Assembly: GCF_000143415.4 (NCBI RefSeq)
Contig: NW_003314261.1
Location: 6,887,973-6,951,972 of the forward strand
DNA from: Selaginella moellendorffii
Taxonomy: Eukaryota > Plantae > Lycopodiophyta
DNA length: 64,000 nucleotides
Direction: 5' to 3'
Shown: one piece after another, positions 23,571 through 33,410 of the stretch
How the letters are laid out: each line of letters opens with the position of its first letter
How positions within the stretch are numbered: the stretch's first letter is position 1
The notes under the pieces: generated by a model
The model's input: the letters and a program-made list of their open reading frames with translations, nothing else
The model's database searches: none
Told to the model about the DNA's origin: nothing
Made by a program: the position numbers and the translations under genes

Positions 23571-25800
23571 TCACGAGATGGAATGGCGTCTCCTCCGGCT
23601 GGAGACGCGCGAATCCGGCGTCTGGGGCGCCGCGACGTGCGATTGATTCCTCGATCCGAAAGGATTCAATCGGCTCAGCCTCCTCGACACGGAATGTAGG
23701 AAGTTGTGCGCCGTGGAGCTCGTTTTCTCCATCTCCTGCTTCATGCATACGTGCTCCTTCTCCAGCTCGGTAAGCCGCATTCTCATCCTCGCAACTTCCA
23801 GCTTGAGCTCGCGATTCTCCCTCCGGATTGACGCGTAGTGATCTCTCGGCGAGATGGCGGCGCTGAGGGCACCGCTGCCAAGCTTGTGGTGGAAATGCCC
23901 AAGGTTGTCTCCCTCCATCATGGACGCCGCCATCGCTGCCCGGAGCCTCACTTGCTCGAAGTAGAGCACCTGGACGACCACCTGGACAGGTAATCTCTCG
24001 TTTTGCGCTGCGTGAGAGCACGCCTCTTGCGATAGCTTCTGGACGTCCATGAGCTTACAGATTTTTTTTCTTTCTCCCTCCGAAAGGTTGGAATGGGCCT
24101 GTTCAAGCGGACAAGCGAGGAAAAACGTTTTGTTTTTTACTTGTTAGAACACACTGAAGAACAAAGCACGTAAGTTAAAAAAACTTTGAGTTGTTTTACT
24201 CACCTTGAGATAGATGTCGATTGCTCGGTACAATCCATCGTTGACAACTCTTGCGTAGTCCGGGACGAGCTCGGCCAGAGCGTAGAACTTGAGGAGCTTG
24301 AGGTTTGTATCGGGAGCAATCTCCGCGAGGTAATTGTCTATGAGCTTTGCGACTTTGATGGCTGCGCTTTGTGACGGGGGACTGGTACTCTCAGATTCGT
24401 AGCCGCCGGCTTGAGAGTCTTCCTTCTCCTTGTGCTGGAGGAAGTTTATCACCAGTCTTTGGACGACGTCCACATCGAACAAGGTGTCGCAAGTGAAGGA
24501 CATGGATGGTATGAGTAGATCGTCCAGCGCTGCCTGATCCATTTGCATTCCTATTCTTTGCTCCAGCTCGATGCGGCAGCTGATGGATGCGTCTAGAATT
24601 ATGGCCGAGCGAAGCAAGCCAAAGAGGAAGCTGCAGCTTATAGAGTTCTTCTCGCAAGGTAGCATGCTTGTAAGTGTTTCCACTAATGCTCGTTGTTCCT
24701 GCTCCAGAATTGAAGGAATACCAGAGTCGTGAACCGTTGCTGCTGGCGCTAGTTTCGTTTTGTTGTGACTAGTCACGGGCTTCATGTTGAGGCCTTTGAG
24801 GTATCTCTGAGCGTAGATTATCAGCGCTCCTCCAATGCTTTCGTGCAGCAAACCTCTGGACATCATTGCCGCTAAGGTACGCTGGTAGAAGTCGATTCTC
24901 AGAATTGCCAGATCTTCTGACCACCAGTGATCTGTTTTGCAGCTTTGAACTTGGCTGTCAATCCATCCCGAGCTGCCGTTGTACTCCATGCTTGAAGATA
25001 GTTGCTCTCTTGAAGGTAGCGAGGCCGTGGCTATAGCTGCTACCGCATCAACGCATCTGCTCACAATTTTGAGCTCTTCTGCTAATGGGACGAGGTTCTC
25101 ACAGTTGTGCAATACAGCGAGCGATACGGAGAAATCCTGAATGACGACTTCGTTAAGGTATGTCTCGGTGCGGACCACCAAGTTTCCTTCTCCGTAATCG
25201 TCAGTCATTTCCAGGTAGTGAGCAGCACACCTCAAGACCGCAACATTTGCAGTGGTAATCTCGAAGTTGATTCCATAGCAGAACTTGGCTACCAGCTCGA
25301 ATACTTCTGCACCACCTGGTATTTCCAGTAACTTGATTTGTGATGGATCTAAGTCTCTTGTCTCCACAACCAGCTTCCGTATTCTTCCACTCCGTGACAC
25401 AAGTGGGAACTGTTAGCACATTAAACAGGCAAGTTTGAGAAAACTTCAATAGTTCTTTGGGAGTTCTGTGATTGCTAATGGTGCTGGAATGTAAAGGAGA
25501 TGATGTATGAATTCACCCACCTTGTGGAGTGCAAAGCTCGTACCTGCAACTTCCACGGATATATCTGTTGGGACATCTGATGTCATTACCCTGGAAGGCA
25601 AGAACACAATGAGAGACAAAGTAAGCTCCGATCAATTGCTACCATTCGACAGTGCGTTTTGCTGCTGTGACTGCAGTGGCTCCAGTTGAAGCCGCAGCTG
25701 CTGCCGCTGCTGCTGCCGCGGCGGCGGCCGAGGAAGAAGAGAGTGAGGATGATGATGTCGAGCCACGCTTGTGCGACGAAATCTTATCATTCCTTGCCAT
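23571..25800 (-). CDS. BTB/POZ-NPH3 domain protein (NPH3/RPT2-like, NRL)
   Basis: [16 protein letters not shown]|[48 protein letters not shown], a coiled coil, and the C-terminal RxSxS motif RRHSIS. Confidence 0.95.
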
Positions 25801-26809
25801 CTAAGCTATAGCTTCCAATCACTCCAGGTATCTCTCAAAGACGACTTTGCATCCTGATGCTTGCTTTGTGCGGCCCTTCTTTTGCGAGACCGCAGTCATT
25901 TTTATATCGTCACTGTCGTCTTTGCTGCTACTTGCCTCGATGGACTCCTTCTTTTTTCACTCCCTGCTTGTTTAATGATGCTGACCGATTCATAGGAATC
26001 GAACTTTTCTTGCGGGAAACTGTAGAGGATTCTATATGCTTTTTCTTAGCCAGTGGAAAAACTTCCCTGCGAGGGAACGAAAAGCTCCATGGGGCATGGA
26101 TCGATTTCCGAGATTTGTAGCACCAGTTTTTCGAGGTTCGTGTTTTCAAAGTCTTAAAGTTTACTCATAGAGTATCTTGTGTTGTGTGACAGGCTTTCAA
26201 TCCCAGCGAACCAATTTCTCTGCTAGCCGGCGCAAAGAATCCATTTTCAATACAAGTAGTGAAGACGAGATTTCTCCGACTAAAGATTCGTGGCGAGTGG
26301 TGCTGGCATTCCAACTGGAGTTCCATGTGAAGTTCCAGGCTTAAAATTCTCCAAGCCAAGTATTCTACCTTGTCAATTCTCGTAGTTTTTCTTAAAACGG
26401 GGACGAAACGTTATTGTCCCAACAGCACACCATGTGAGGTGTTCCACTGGAGCTTAGATGCTTAAGCACATGTTTAGATGTATAATATCTCCACGGTACA
26501 GTGGTGAATCTCTCCCGCTGTCACGTGAAATACCCAGGCTCGATCCGTGCGAATGCCAAAAGTATTTTCTTAGTGGTTGGCAATGTCCTAGATTTCACAT
26601 TTTGATTGCTTTGATGATCTCATGAACATGGGATTTTAGTTTATAAGCTGTCCAGTAGCTACTCAAAATGACCATCCAAAAGAAGCGTCTTTCAATGGTG
26701 GTAGAGTTATTCCTTCCTTTTTTCTTTTGGTTTTTGTTTTGCTTAACTAAACCTATAGGGGACTGGGATGGTAGTGAATATATCTAAAATATGCTTGGAT
26801 ATTCTAGGA

Positions 26810-26984
26810 TATTCTACCATCTAATGGTTGGTATTCATTTAGATTAATTTGGTATTTATAATTTATAAACATGTTTATAATTTATAAAGTTTTCTAAACC
26901 CTTTCTAGTATATTCTTTTTTATTCTATCATCTAATGGTTGATATGCAATAAGATTAATCTTGTGTTTATAAATTACAAACATG
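26810..26984. repeat. Diverged AT-rich direct repeat (~63-bp core, ~111-bp period)
   Basis: TATTCTA.CATCTAATGGTTG..AGATTAAT..TTTATAA.TTA.AAACATG occurs at ~26810 and ~26921. Confidence 0.65.
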
Positions 26985-27114
26985 CTTAGAGCGATCGCTT
27001 CGCATGCGATAGGTAAGGGGATCGATGCCCCTCATCTCCAAGTATTATTTCGTTTTCGCGCTAGAGTTCGACTCCCGGCAACGCCGAATTTGAACTTTAG
27101 GGTTCTTACCGATG

Positions 27115-27810
27115 CTAGGGCTTTTGGGCCAAGAACTGGAGAATGCTATCCAGGCAAGGACCAGCAGAGGTGTCCACCACGATCGTCCTCACGCCGCCAG
27201 TCTCGTAATCGCATTGCCCCTCGTACCTCGCCACATTCTTCTGGTGCTCCTCCCACGTCCTCGGCTTGTGCCACCACACGCTTGCGCTCGCATCGAACAC
27301 GCTCTGGACGCCATCGGCCCACGCCTCGCGGCTGGAATCCGTTGCGATCGAAATCTGTGGAGGTAGTGGATCTTCCAGCAGCGCGGATTTTGCCCGGTGC
27401 TCCAGCCTCGTCTTCCACAGATTCTCGTCGCGGCACACGCATTCCACGATGATCATCTCGACGCCATTGCGCCGCGCGATGGACTGGCACTGGTGGAAGA
27501 GCCAGGGCCAGGCGAGCGGGCACACGACGATCACTCCCAGCCCCAATCGCAGCTGTGTCTCGGCAATCCGGAACATAATATCGTAGGAGATGGCATTGAG
27601 CTGCTTGGCGAGCCTGTTCTTCCTGGCCGCGTCTTGCTCCTCGCCCTGGATCATCATCGACAGGCAGTCGCGGGCATCGTCTTTGTCGATCAGAGGCCAG
27701 TGGAGGAATTTCGCCATGGATTCCCCGAGCGTCGACTTGCCTGTGGCTGGATGCCCCTTCATCGCTACCAGGACGGGCTTCATCGCCGCGCTACCGCAAG
27801 AGGCCGCCAT
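27115..27810 (-). CDS. P-loop nucleotide kinase-like protein (AAA_33-type), single exon
   Basis: Walker A MKGHPATGKST, then IDKDD, VIVVCPL and an LxxR lid (KTRLEHR). Confidence 0.85.
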   Translation of the reverse strand: MAASCGSAAMKPVLVAMKGHPATGKSTLGESMAKFLHWPLIDKDDARDCLSMMIQGEEQDAARKNRLAKQLNAISYDIMFRIAETQLRLGLGVIVVCPLAWPWLFHQCQSIARRNGVEMIIVECVCRDENLWKTRLEHRAKSALLEDPLPPQISIATDSSREAWADGVQSVFDASASVWWHKPRTWEEHQKNVARYEGQCDYETGGVRTIVVDTSAGPCLDSILQFLAQKP

Positions 27811-28144
27811 GGATCAATTGGATAGGTAAGCTAGTTCTTAACACTTAAAAAAAAATTTCTCCACCTATCTCCTTCTTTCTATGTCTGTTTGCTAGCTTCC
27901 TGTTTGGTTTCTCTTTGTGGAGAAAGCATCGTGACGTTTCTTTCTTTTGTTTCCAGGAAACTCGTGAATTTTTCCAGCGAGAAACCACAACTATGCTTTC
28001 TCGACAAGAGATTTTTACCACGGAGTCATGATCTTGTTAGCAAGCATCATGTAAGTAAGCATCACCTTGCTTCTTTTGTTCATAGTTTTGATAACAGGAG
28101 GAGAGCTGAAACAGAAGAACGGACTCTTTGGATCTGCCAACGTG

Positions 28145-30973
28145 ATGTTGAAACTTAGCGCAAACTTGCATCGTCAAGAGCCATTCAGAGCCTCTGGCCA
28201 TGGGAAAGGCGAGCAGCCGCAGGAACAGAAGAAGCAGAGGATTCGTTGCTTGCTTGCGGCTATCAAGGAAAGTGGTCGCTCAAGAAATCTGGAAAGTGGA
28301 AGGAGGTGTCATTCGGCAGCTCTCGAGCATGGAGACGACTCCAACGTTTACGTCGCAAGCAGCCTGGTGGACATGTATGGGAAGTGTGGCAGCATGGCAG
28401 ATGCGCGCAAGATCTTCGACAGGATGCAGCGTCCAGATGTGGTTTCGTTGACGTCACTCGTTCTGGGATACGCAGAGAATGGGGAGGCCCAAGAAGCTCT
28501 CAGATTGTTCCAGCTGATGAAAGGTGGCTGTGAGCCGAATGCCAGAACTTTTGTGGCGGGTCTCAAGGCTTGCTCAAGCCTGGCAGCAAGAGAAGAAGCG
28601 AAGGTGAGGGGCAGTGAGATTGTAAAGGTGGTGTCGCTGGAGAGAGGCCGGGAAATACACTCACAAGCGTCAAAGTTTGGATTCGACACGGATGTCTTCG
28701 TCTGCAACACTCTCATTGATATGTACTCGAAGTGTGGAAGCATGGTAGATGCGAGAAACGTCTTCGACACGATGCAGCGTGATACAATCTCCTGGAACGT
28801 TTTGATGCTTGGCTACGTGGGAAGCAAGGATGGGGAGGCCGCTCTACGGCTCTTATCGGCTATGAAAGCCGAGAACAAGCACTTTCCGGACAACAGAACT
28901 TTTGTCGCTGCCGCCAAAGCCTGCACAGCTCTCGCTATCAAGGAAGATGGCAGGGAATTGAATGGGAGGATTGTCAAAGTGAGAAGTTTGGAAAGCGCCA
29001 ACGCTGTTCACAGTCAAGCAAAATCAGCTGGTTACGAGAGCAACATCTTTGTGGCCAACACTCTCGTGGATACTTACGCAAAGTGTGGGAGCATGGTTGA
29101 CGCTCGTCGAGTTTTTGAGGCGATAGCTCAGCAGCGTGATGTTATATCATGGACGGCTCTCATCCTGGGTTATGCTGAGAATGGACAAGGCTCAGTAGCT
29201 CTGGATCTGTTCGAAGCTATGCAAGCATATGGTTGTGCTCCAAACGCTCTCACTTACGTCGCTACACTCAAGGCTTGCTCGAGCTTGGCTTCCAGAGAAA
29301 CTGAGCCTCGGGCAAAGATGGTGCTACTGGAGAAAACTATGGCAATCCATTCCCGGGCTGCAAGAGCCAAGCACGACTCCGACAACTTCATTGCCAACAC
29401 GCTCGTGGACGCCTACGCAAAGTGTGGGAGCCTTCCCGATTCTCAACGGGTTTTCGACCGGATAAGCCGTCGGGACGTCGTCTCCTGGACTGCTCTGATC
29501 CTAGGACATGCCGAGAGTGATCATCCTCAGGTAGCGCTGGAGCTTTTTTCTGGCCTTGAAGACTGCTATGTTAATTCGCTCACTTTCGTGGCTGCTCTCA
29601 AAGCTTGCACGAATCAGGCAGCGAGAGAAGAAGGCAGGGGAATCGGTGGGAAGCTGGTGAAGATGAGGTCACTAGAGACAGCATTTTGGATCCATCAGCA
29701 AGCCGCGAACAAGAGTTGCGACTTGGACGTGGTGCTCGGGAACACACTGCTCGACTTGTATGCGAACTGTGGAAGTTTGCCAGATGCTCGGAGGCTGTTC
29801 GATAGACTACCCGCTCGTAGCGTCGTCTCTTGGAACGCGATGATGCTCGGGTACGCCGAAAACAAGGAGGCAGAGTCAGCTTTGGAGCTCTTCTCTCTCA
29901 TGGAAAAGAGCTGCCAGCCAACTTCTCGGACCTTCGTGGCTGCTCTCAAGGCCTGTGCGGTTCTAGCGGAAGCTGAAGAAGGCAGGGAACTCGAAGGAAA
30001 AGTGGCGAAGATGTGTGCTCTGGAGAAAGGAATTGCTGTCCACTTGCGAGCTTCGAGCTATGGCTTCCAGTGGGACTTGTTCGTTGCCAACTCTCTAGTC
30101 GACATGTACGCGAAGTGTGGAAGCATGGTGGATTCTCGGCGAGTTTTCGATGGCATGCGACGCCACGATGTGGTATCGTGGAACTCGCTGATATCAGGCT
30201 ACGCGGACAACGACCAAGGTGAGGCAGCTCTCGAGCTCTTTGTTCCCATGGAGCTGGAAGGCTGTGCTCACGACTCCCGGACGTTCCTGGCGTCACTCAA
30301 AGCTTGCGGCTGTGTTGGAGCTCTAGACATCGGAAGAACACTTCATGGGAAAATCCGAGAGCTAGGACTCGACAGTGATGTGGTCATCGCTACCTCGCTG
30401 GTGGATTTCTACGGCAAGTGTGGGAGCATGGTGGATGCCGAGCAAGTTTTCTCGTCGATCGTCACGAAAGATATCGTGGCCTGGAACGCGCTTCTAACAG
30501 GATACAGCCGCCAGGGAGATACAGAGGCACTGTTCCAAGCTTTCGACAGGATGATGGCTTCACGTCCTCGAGTTCGTCCGGATGGAGTTACGTTCCTGTG
30601 CGTTCTCACGGCGTGCAGCCACTCCGGCCTCGTCGAGCAAGGCAAGCGCTACTTCGAGGCTATGAAATCTATCCATGGACTGGATCCCGGGATGGAACAC
30701 TACCACTGCTTGGTCGATATCCTGGGCAGATCGAACAGGCTTGAAGAAGCAGTGGCGATGGTAAAAGAGATGCCAGTGGTCGCAAACATCGTCTCGTGGA
30801 CGACCGTGCTCAGTGCTTGCCAGAAGTGGAAGAACATAGAGGTGGCGAAGGTTGCTTTCGATGCGTTACTAGAGCTGGACGAGGAACAGCCCGCTGCTCG
30901 AGTGCTCATGGCCAACATCTATGGCAGCGTTGGGATGTGGGACGCTAAGGCCAGAGTTCTCCAGGAAGCTTGA
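28145..30973 (+). CDS. PLS-class PPR protein, E-subgroup, no DYW domain
   Basis: Repeated P-L-S triplets (..LVDMYGKCGSM..AR..FD.M..DVVSW..), ending FLCVLTACSHSG, EHYHCLVDILGR and an E motif. First in-frame ATG at 28145. Confidence 0.93.
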   Translation: MLKLSANLHRQEPFRASGHGKGEQPQEQKKQRIRCLLAAIKESGRSRNLESGRRCHSAALEHGDDSNVYVASSLVDMYGKCGSMADARKIFDRMQRPDVVSLTSLVLGYAENGEAQEALRLFQLMKGGCEPNARTFVAGLKACSSLAAREEAKVRGSEIVKVVSLERGREIHSQASKFGFDTDVFVCNTLIDMYSKCGSMVDARNVFDTMQRDTISWNVLMLGYVGSKDGEAALRLLSAMKAENKHFPDNRTFVAAAKACTALAIKEDGRELNGRIVKVRSLESANAVHSQAKSAGYESNIFVANTLVDTYAKCGSMVDARRVFEAIAQQRDVISWTALILGYAENGQGSVALDLFEAMQAYGCAPNALTYVATLKACSSLASRETEPRAKMVLLEKTMAIHSRAARAKHDSDNFIANTLVDAYAKCGSLPDSQRVFDRISRRDVVSWTALILGHAESDHPQVALELFSGLEDCYVNSLTFVAALKACTNQAAREEGRGIGGKLVKMRSLETAFWIHQQAANKSCDLDVVLGNTLLDLYANCGSLPDARRLFDRLPARSVVSWNAMMLGYAENKEAESALELFSLMEKSCQPTSRTFVAALKACAVLAEAEEGRELEGKVAKMCALEKGIAVHLRASSYGFQWDLFVANSLVDMYAKCGSMVDSRRVFDGMRRHDVVSWNSLISGYADNDQGEAALELFVPMELEGCAHDSRTFLASLKACGCVGALDIGRTLHGKIRELGLDSDVVIATSLVDFYGKCGSMVDAEQVFSSIVTKDIVAWNALLTGYSRQGDTEALFQAFDRMMASRPRVRPDGVTFLCVLTACSHSGLVEQGKRYFEAMKSIHGLDPGMEHYHCLVDILGRSNRLEEAVAMVKEMPVVANIVSWTTVLSACQKWKNIEVAKVAFDALLELDEEQPAARVLMANIYGSVGMWDAKARVLQEA

Positions 30974-31067
30974 GCTCGAAAGAATGCCGGGATGATCCGA
31001 CGGGTATCATTCAAATGGGAGCTGGGAGTTGCTATCCGACGGCTTGGGCGATTTTATTCTCTAGCAG

Positions 31068-33194
31068 ATGGACAGGGTGGGGATCAAGGATGCCGTGGAG
31101 AGGTTGGAGCTGGGTTGTCGGCCGGTGGACACTACAACTTACGCAGATCTTCTACGACAGTGTGGCAGTGCTAAAGCTCTTGCAGAAGGCCGGAAAATTC
31201 ACGAGCTTGTAGCGAGATCCGGGCATGGTGAGGATCCATTCCTGGGGAACCTGCTCGTGAGAATGTATGGCAGCTGCGGGAGATTGCAAGAGGCCCTGGA
31301 AGTTTTCAACAATCTCAAGAGAAGGGACGTGTTCTCCTGGAACGTGATGCTGGCGGCGTATGCCCAGAACGGGCATCTCCAAGAAGCGGCTGAGGTGTTT
31401 CATCGAATGCCACTGAAGAGCTCCTCCTCCTGGAACGCGATGATCACGGCTTACTCTCTCGTCGGGCGTGTGTTGGAAGCGAGAATGCTCTTCGATGAGA
31501 TGATCGAGAGGACAGTCATCTCTTGGAACACCATCATCGTCACGTATGCCCAGAACGGGCATCCCGCGGAAGCTCTCTACATGTTTAAGACGATGGACTT
31601 GAGTGGATTCCAGCCCAACAAGGTCAGCTTCCTCGCAGTGCTCAACGCTTGCGCTAACGCTGGAGTGCTTTCTCAGGCCAGGATAGTTCACTGCTTGGTG
31701 ATCGAGAGTGGCTTCCAGTCGGATATCATGGTTGCCACCACGGTTCTTAACATGTATGGGAAGTGTGGAAGCCTGGACGATGCCTTGGCGGTGTTCCATG
31801 CGCTTCCTAGCCGAGACGTGGTGGCTACCAACGCGATGATCACAGCGTACGCTCAGAACAAACACTTGCCACAAGCCAGGGAGCTCTTCGAGAGCACGAA
31901 ACGGAAGAGTATCATTTCCTGGAACACAATGATCGCTGCTTACATCCAAGCTGGTGAAATCGCGGAAGCCAGGGGCTTGTTCGATCGAATGGAGCTCAGG
32001 AACACGGCTTCCTGGAACACCCTCTTAGCAGGCTACGCTCACAGCGGACACCTCCAAGAAGCTCTAACGCTCTTCGCGATCATGGACTTGGAAGCTCGCG
32101 AGCCGCCGGACAAAGTCACATTCGTGACGATGCTCGACGTTTGCGGGAACCTCAAGAACTCGGCAGCCGGGGAGGAGATCGACGCAGCAGTGACTTCGAG
32201 TGGCCTCTGGCAAGACGTGACGGTCGGGAATGCGCTCGTTTGCATGCACGGGAGGTGTGGACGAATGGAGCTCGCCAGGAGCCTGTTCGAGAGGATGGAG
32301 CACAGAGATGGCGTGCTGTGGACGACGATGGTGGCAGCCTACGCTCAGAACAATCTCCTGGATCAAGCCCGGGCTACTTTCGACGCGATGCCGGACAAGC
32401 TCTCGCTCGTTGCCCCCTGGAACGCGATGATCTCGGCCTACGTCCGCTGCGGAGAGAATTCATCCGGAGTGATGCTCTTCCTCCTCATGGACCTGGAAGG
32501 CGGCCGAGCGAACGAGATCACGCTGGTCTGCGTCTTCGAGGCTTGCACCACTCCATCCCAGCTCGCCACCGGACGAAGAATCCACACGGCCCTGGAACGC
32601 TCTGGCGAGAACCAGCTGCTAAACCATCCGGCCGTGAGAACCTCGCTCGTCAACATGTATGGAAAGTGTGGCAAGCTTGCGGAAGCTCGGGCCATCTTCG
32701 ACAAGGTCGCAGCGTCCCAGCGCGGAGATCTGGTGCTCTTCTCGGCGATGATCGCGGCCTACGCGCAGAGCGGCCACAGCAAAGAATCGCTGGAGCTTTT
32801 TGGTGCCATGGCTCTCGACGGTATCCTGCCAACGGACGTCACGTTTATCAGCGTCTTGGCGGCGTGCAGTCACGCGGGCCTGGCCAAGGACGCGCGGTAC
32901 CACTTCGTGGCCATGGCTGGCGACTACGGGATCGCGGCGAGCTTGGATCACTATATCTGCATGGTGGACGTGTTGGGGAGGTCCGGAAAGGTGGCGGAGG
33001 CGGGAGAGCTTGTGGGTGTGATGCCGTTTGTGCCGGATGCTGTGGCGTGGAAGACTTTGCTGGGGTGTTCTAAGGTTCATGAAAATGCTGGGCTTGCTCG
33101 CTGGGCCGCGGAGAAGCTGGCCAGGATTGATGCCAAGAACCCCAGTTCTTATTTGCTTTTGTCAAGTGCTGTCACCAAAGTTGGCAAATCTTAG
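31068..33194 (+). CDS. PLS-class PPR protein with SS-motif runs and a short E domain, no DYW
   Basis: 708-aa ORF with SWN.M..AYAQNGH repeats, FISVLAACSHAG, DHYICMVDVLGRSG and SSYLLLSS. A 4-codon upstream exon from 30992 is possible. Confidence 0.93.
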   Translation: MDRVGIKDAVERLELGCRPVDTTTYADLLRQCGSAKALAEGRKIHELVARSGHGEDPFLGNLLVRMYGSCGRLQEALEVFNNLKRRDVFSWNVMLAAYAQNGHLQEAAEVFHRMPLKSSSSWNAMITAYSLVGRVLEARMLFDEMIERTVISWNTIIVTYAQNGHPAEALYMFKTMDLSGFQPNKVSFLAVLNACANAGVLSQARIVHCLVIESGFQSDIMVATTVLNMYGKCGSLDDALAVFHALPSRDVVATNAMITAYAQNKHLPQARELFESTKRKSIISWNTMIAAYIQAGEIAEARGLFDRMELRNTASWNTLLAGYAHSGHLQEALTLFAIMDLEAREPPDKVTFVTMLDVCGNLKNSAAGEEIDAAVTSSGLWQDVTVGNALVCMHGRCGRMELARSLFERMEHRDGVLWTTMVAAYAQNNLLDQARATFDAMPDKLSLVAPWNAMISAYVRCGENSSGVMLFLLMDLEGGRANEITLVCVFEACTTPSQLATGRRIHTALERSGENQLLNHPAVRTSLVNMYGKCGKLAEARAIFDKVAASQRGDLVLFSAMIAAYAQSGHSKESLELFGAMALDGILPTDVTFISVLAACSHAGLAKDARYHFVAMAGDYGIAASLDHYICMVDVLGRSGKVAEAGELVGVMPFVPDAVAWKTLLGCSKVHENAGLARWAAEKLARIDAKNPSSYLLLSSAVTKVGKS

Positions 33195-33410
33195 CTAAGA
33201 TTTGCCAATCTATAGAATCGCAAATGTCTGAGCTCGAATTTTTGTCACAGTACCTCTCAAGTGCGTTCCATTAAAACTTTCCAAATAATTTTCTCGCAAA
33301 AACAGCCACACAATTATTTGGCTTGAAAACACTGTACAAACAACGGGTTCCAGTAGTAAGCAGAACCTCGTTTCCCTCTAGAGAACGAAAAAAAAAAAAA
33401 AACTCTTGCC

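Noticed and set aside
31152-33080. Long antisense and alternate-frame ORFs over PPR2 (265, 310 and 153 aa)
   Set aside because: Shadow ORFs of GC-rich coding sequence with no recognisable motifs. The same applies to those over the HDAC, OFP and peroxidase genes.
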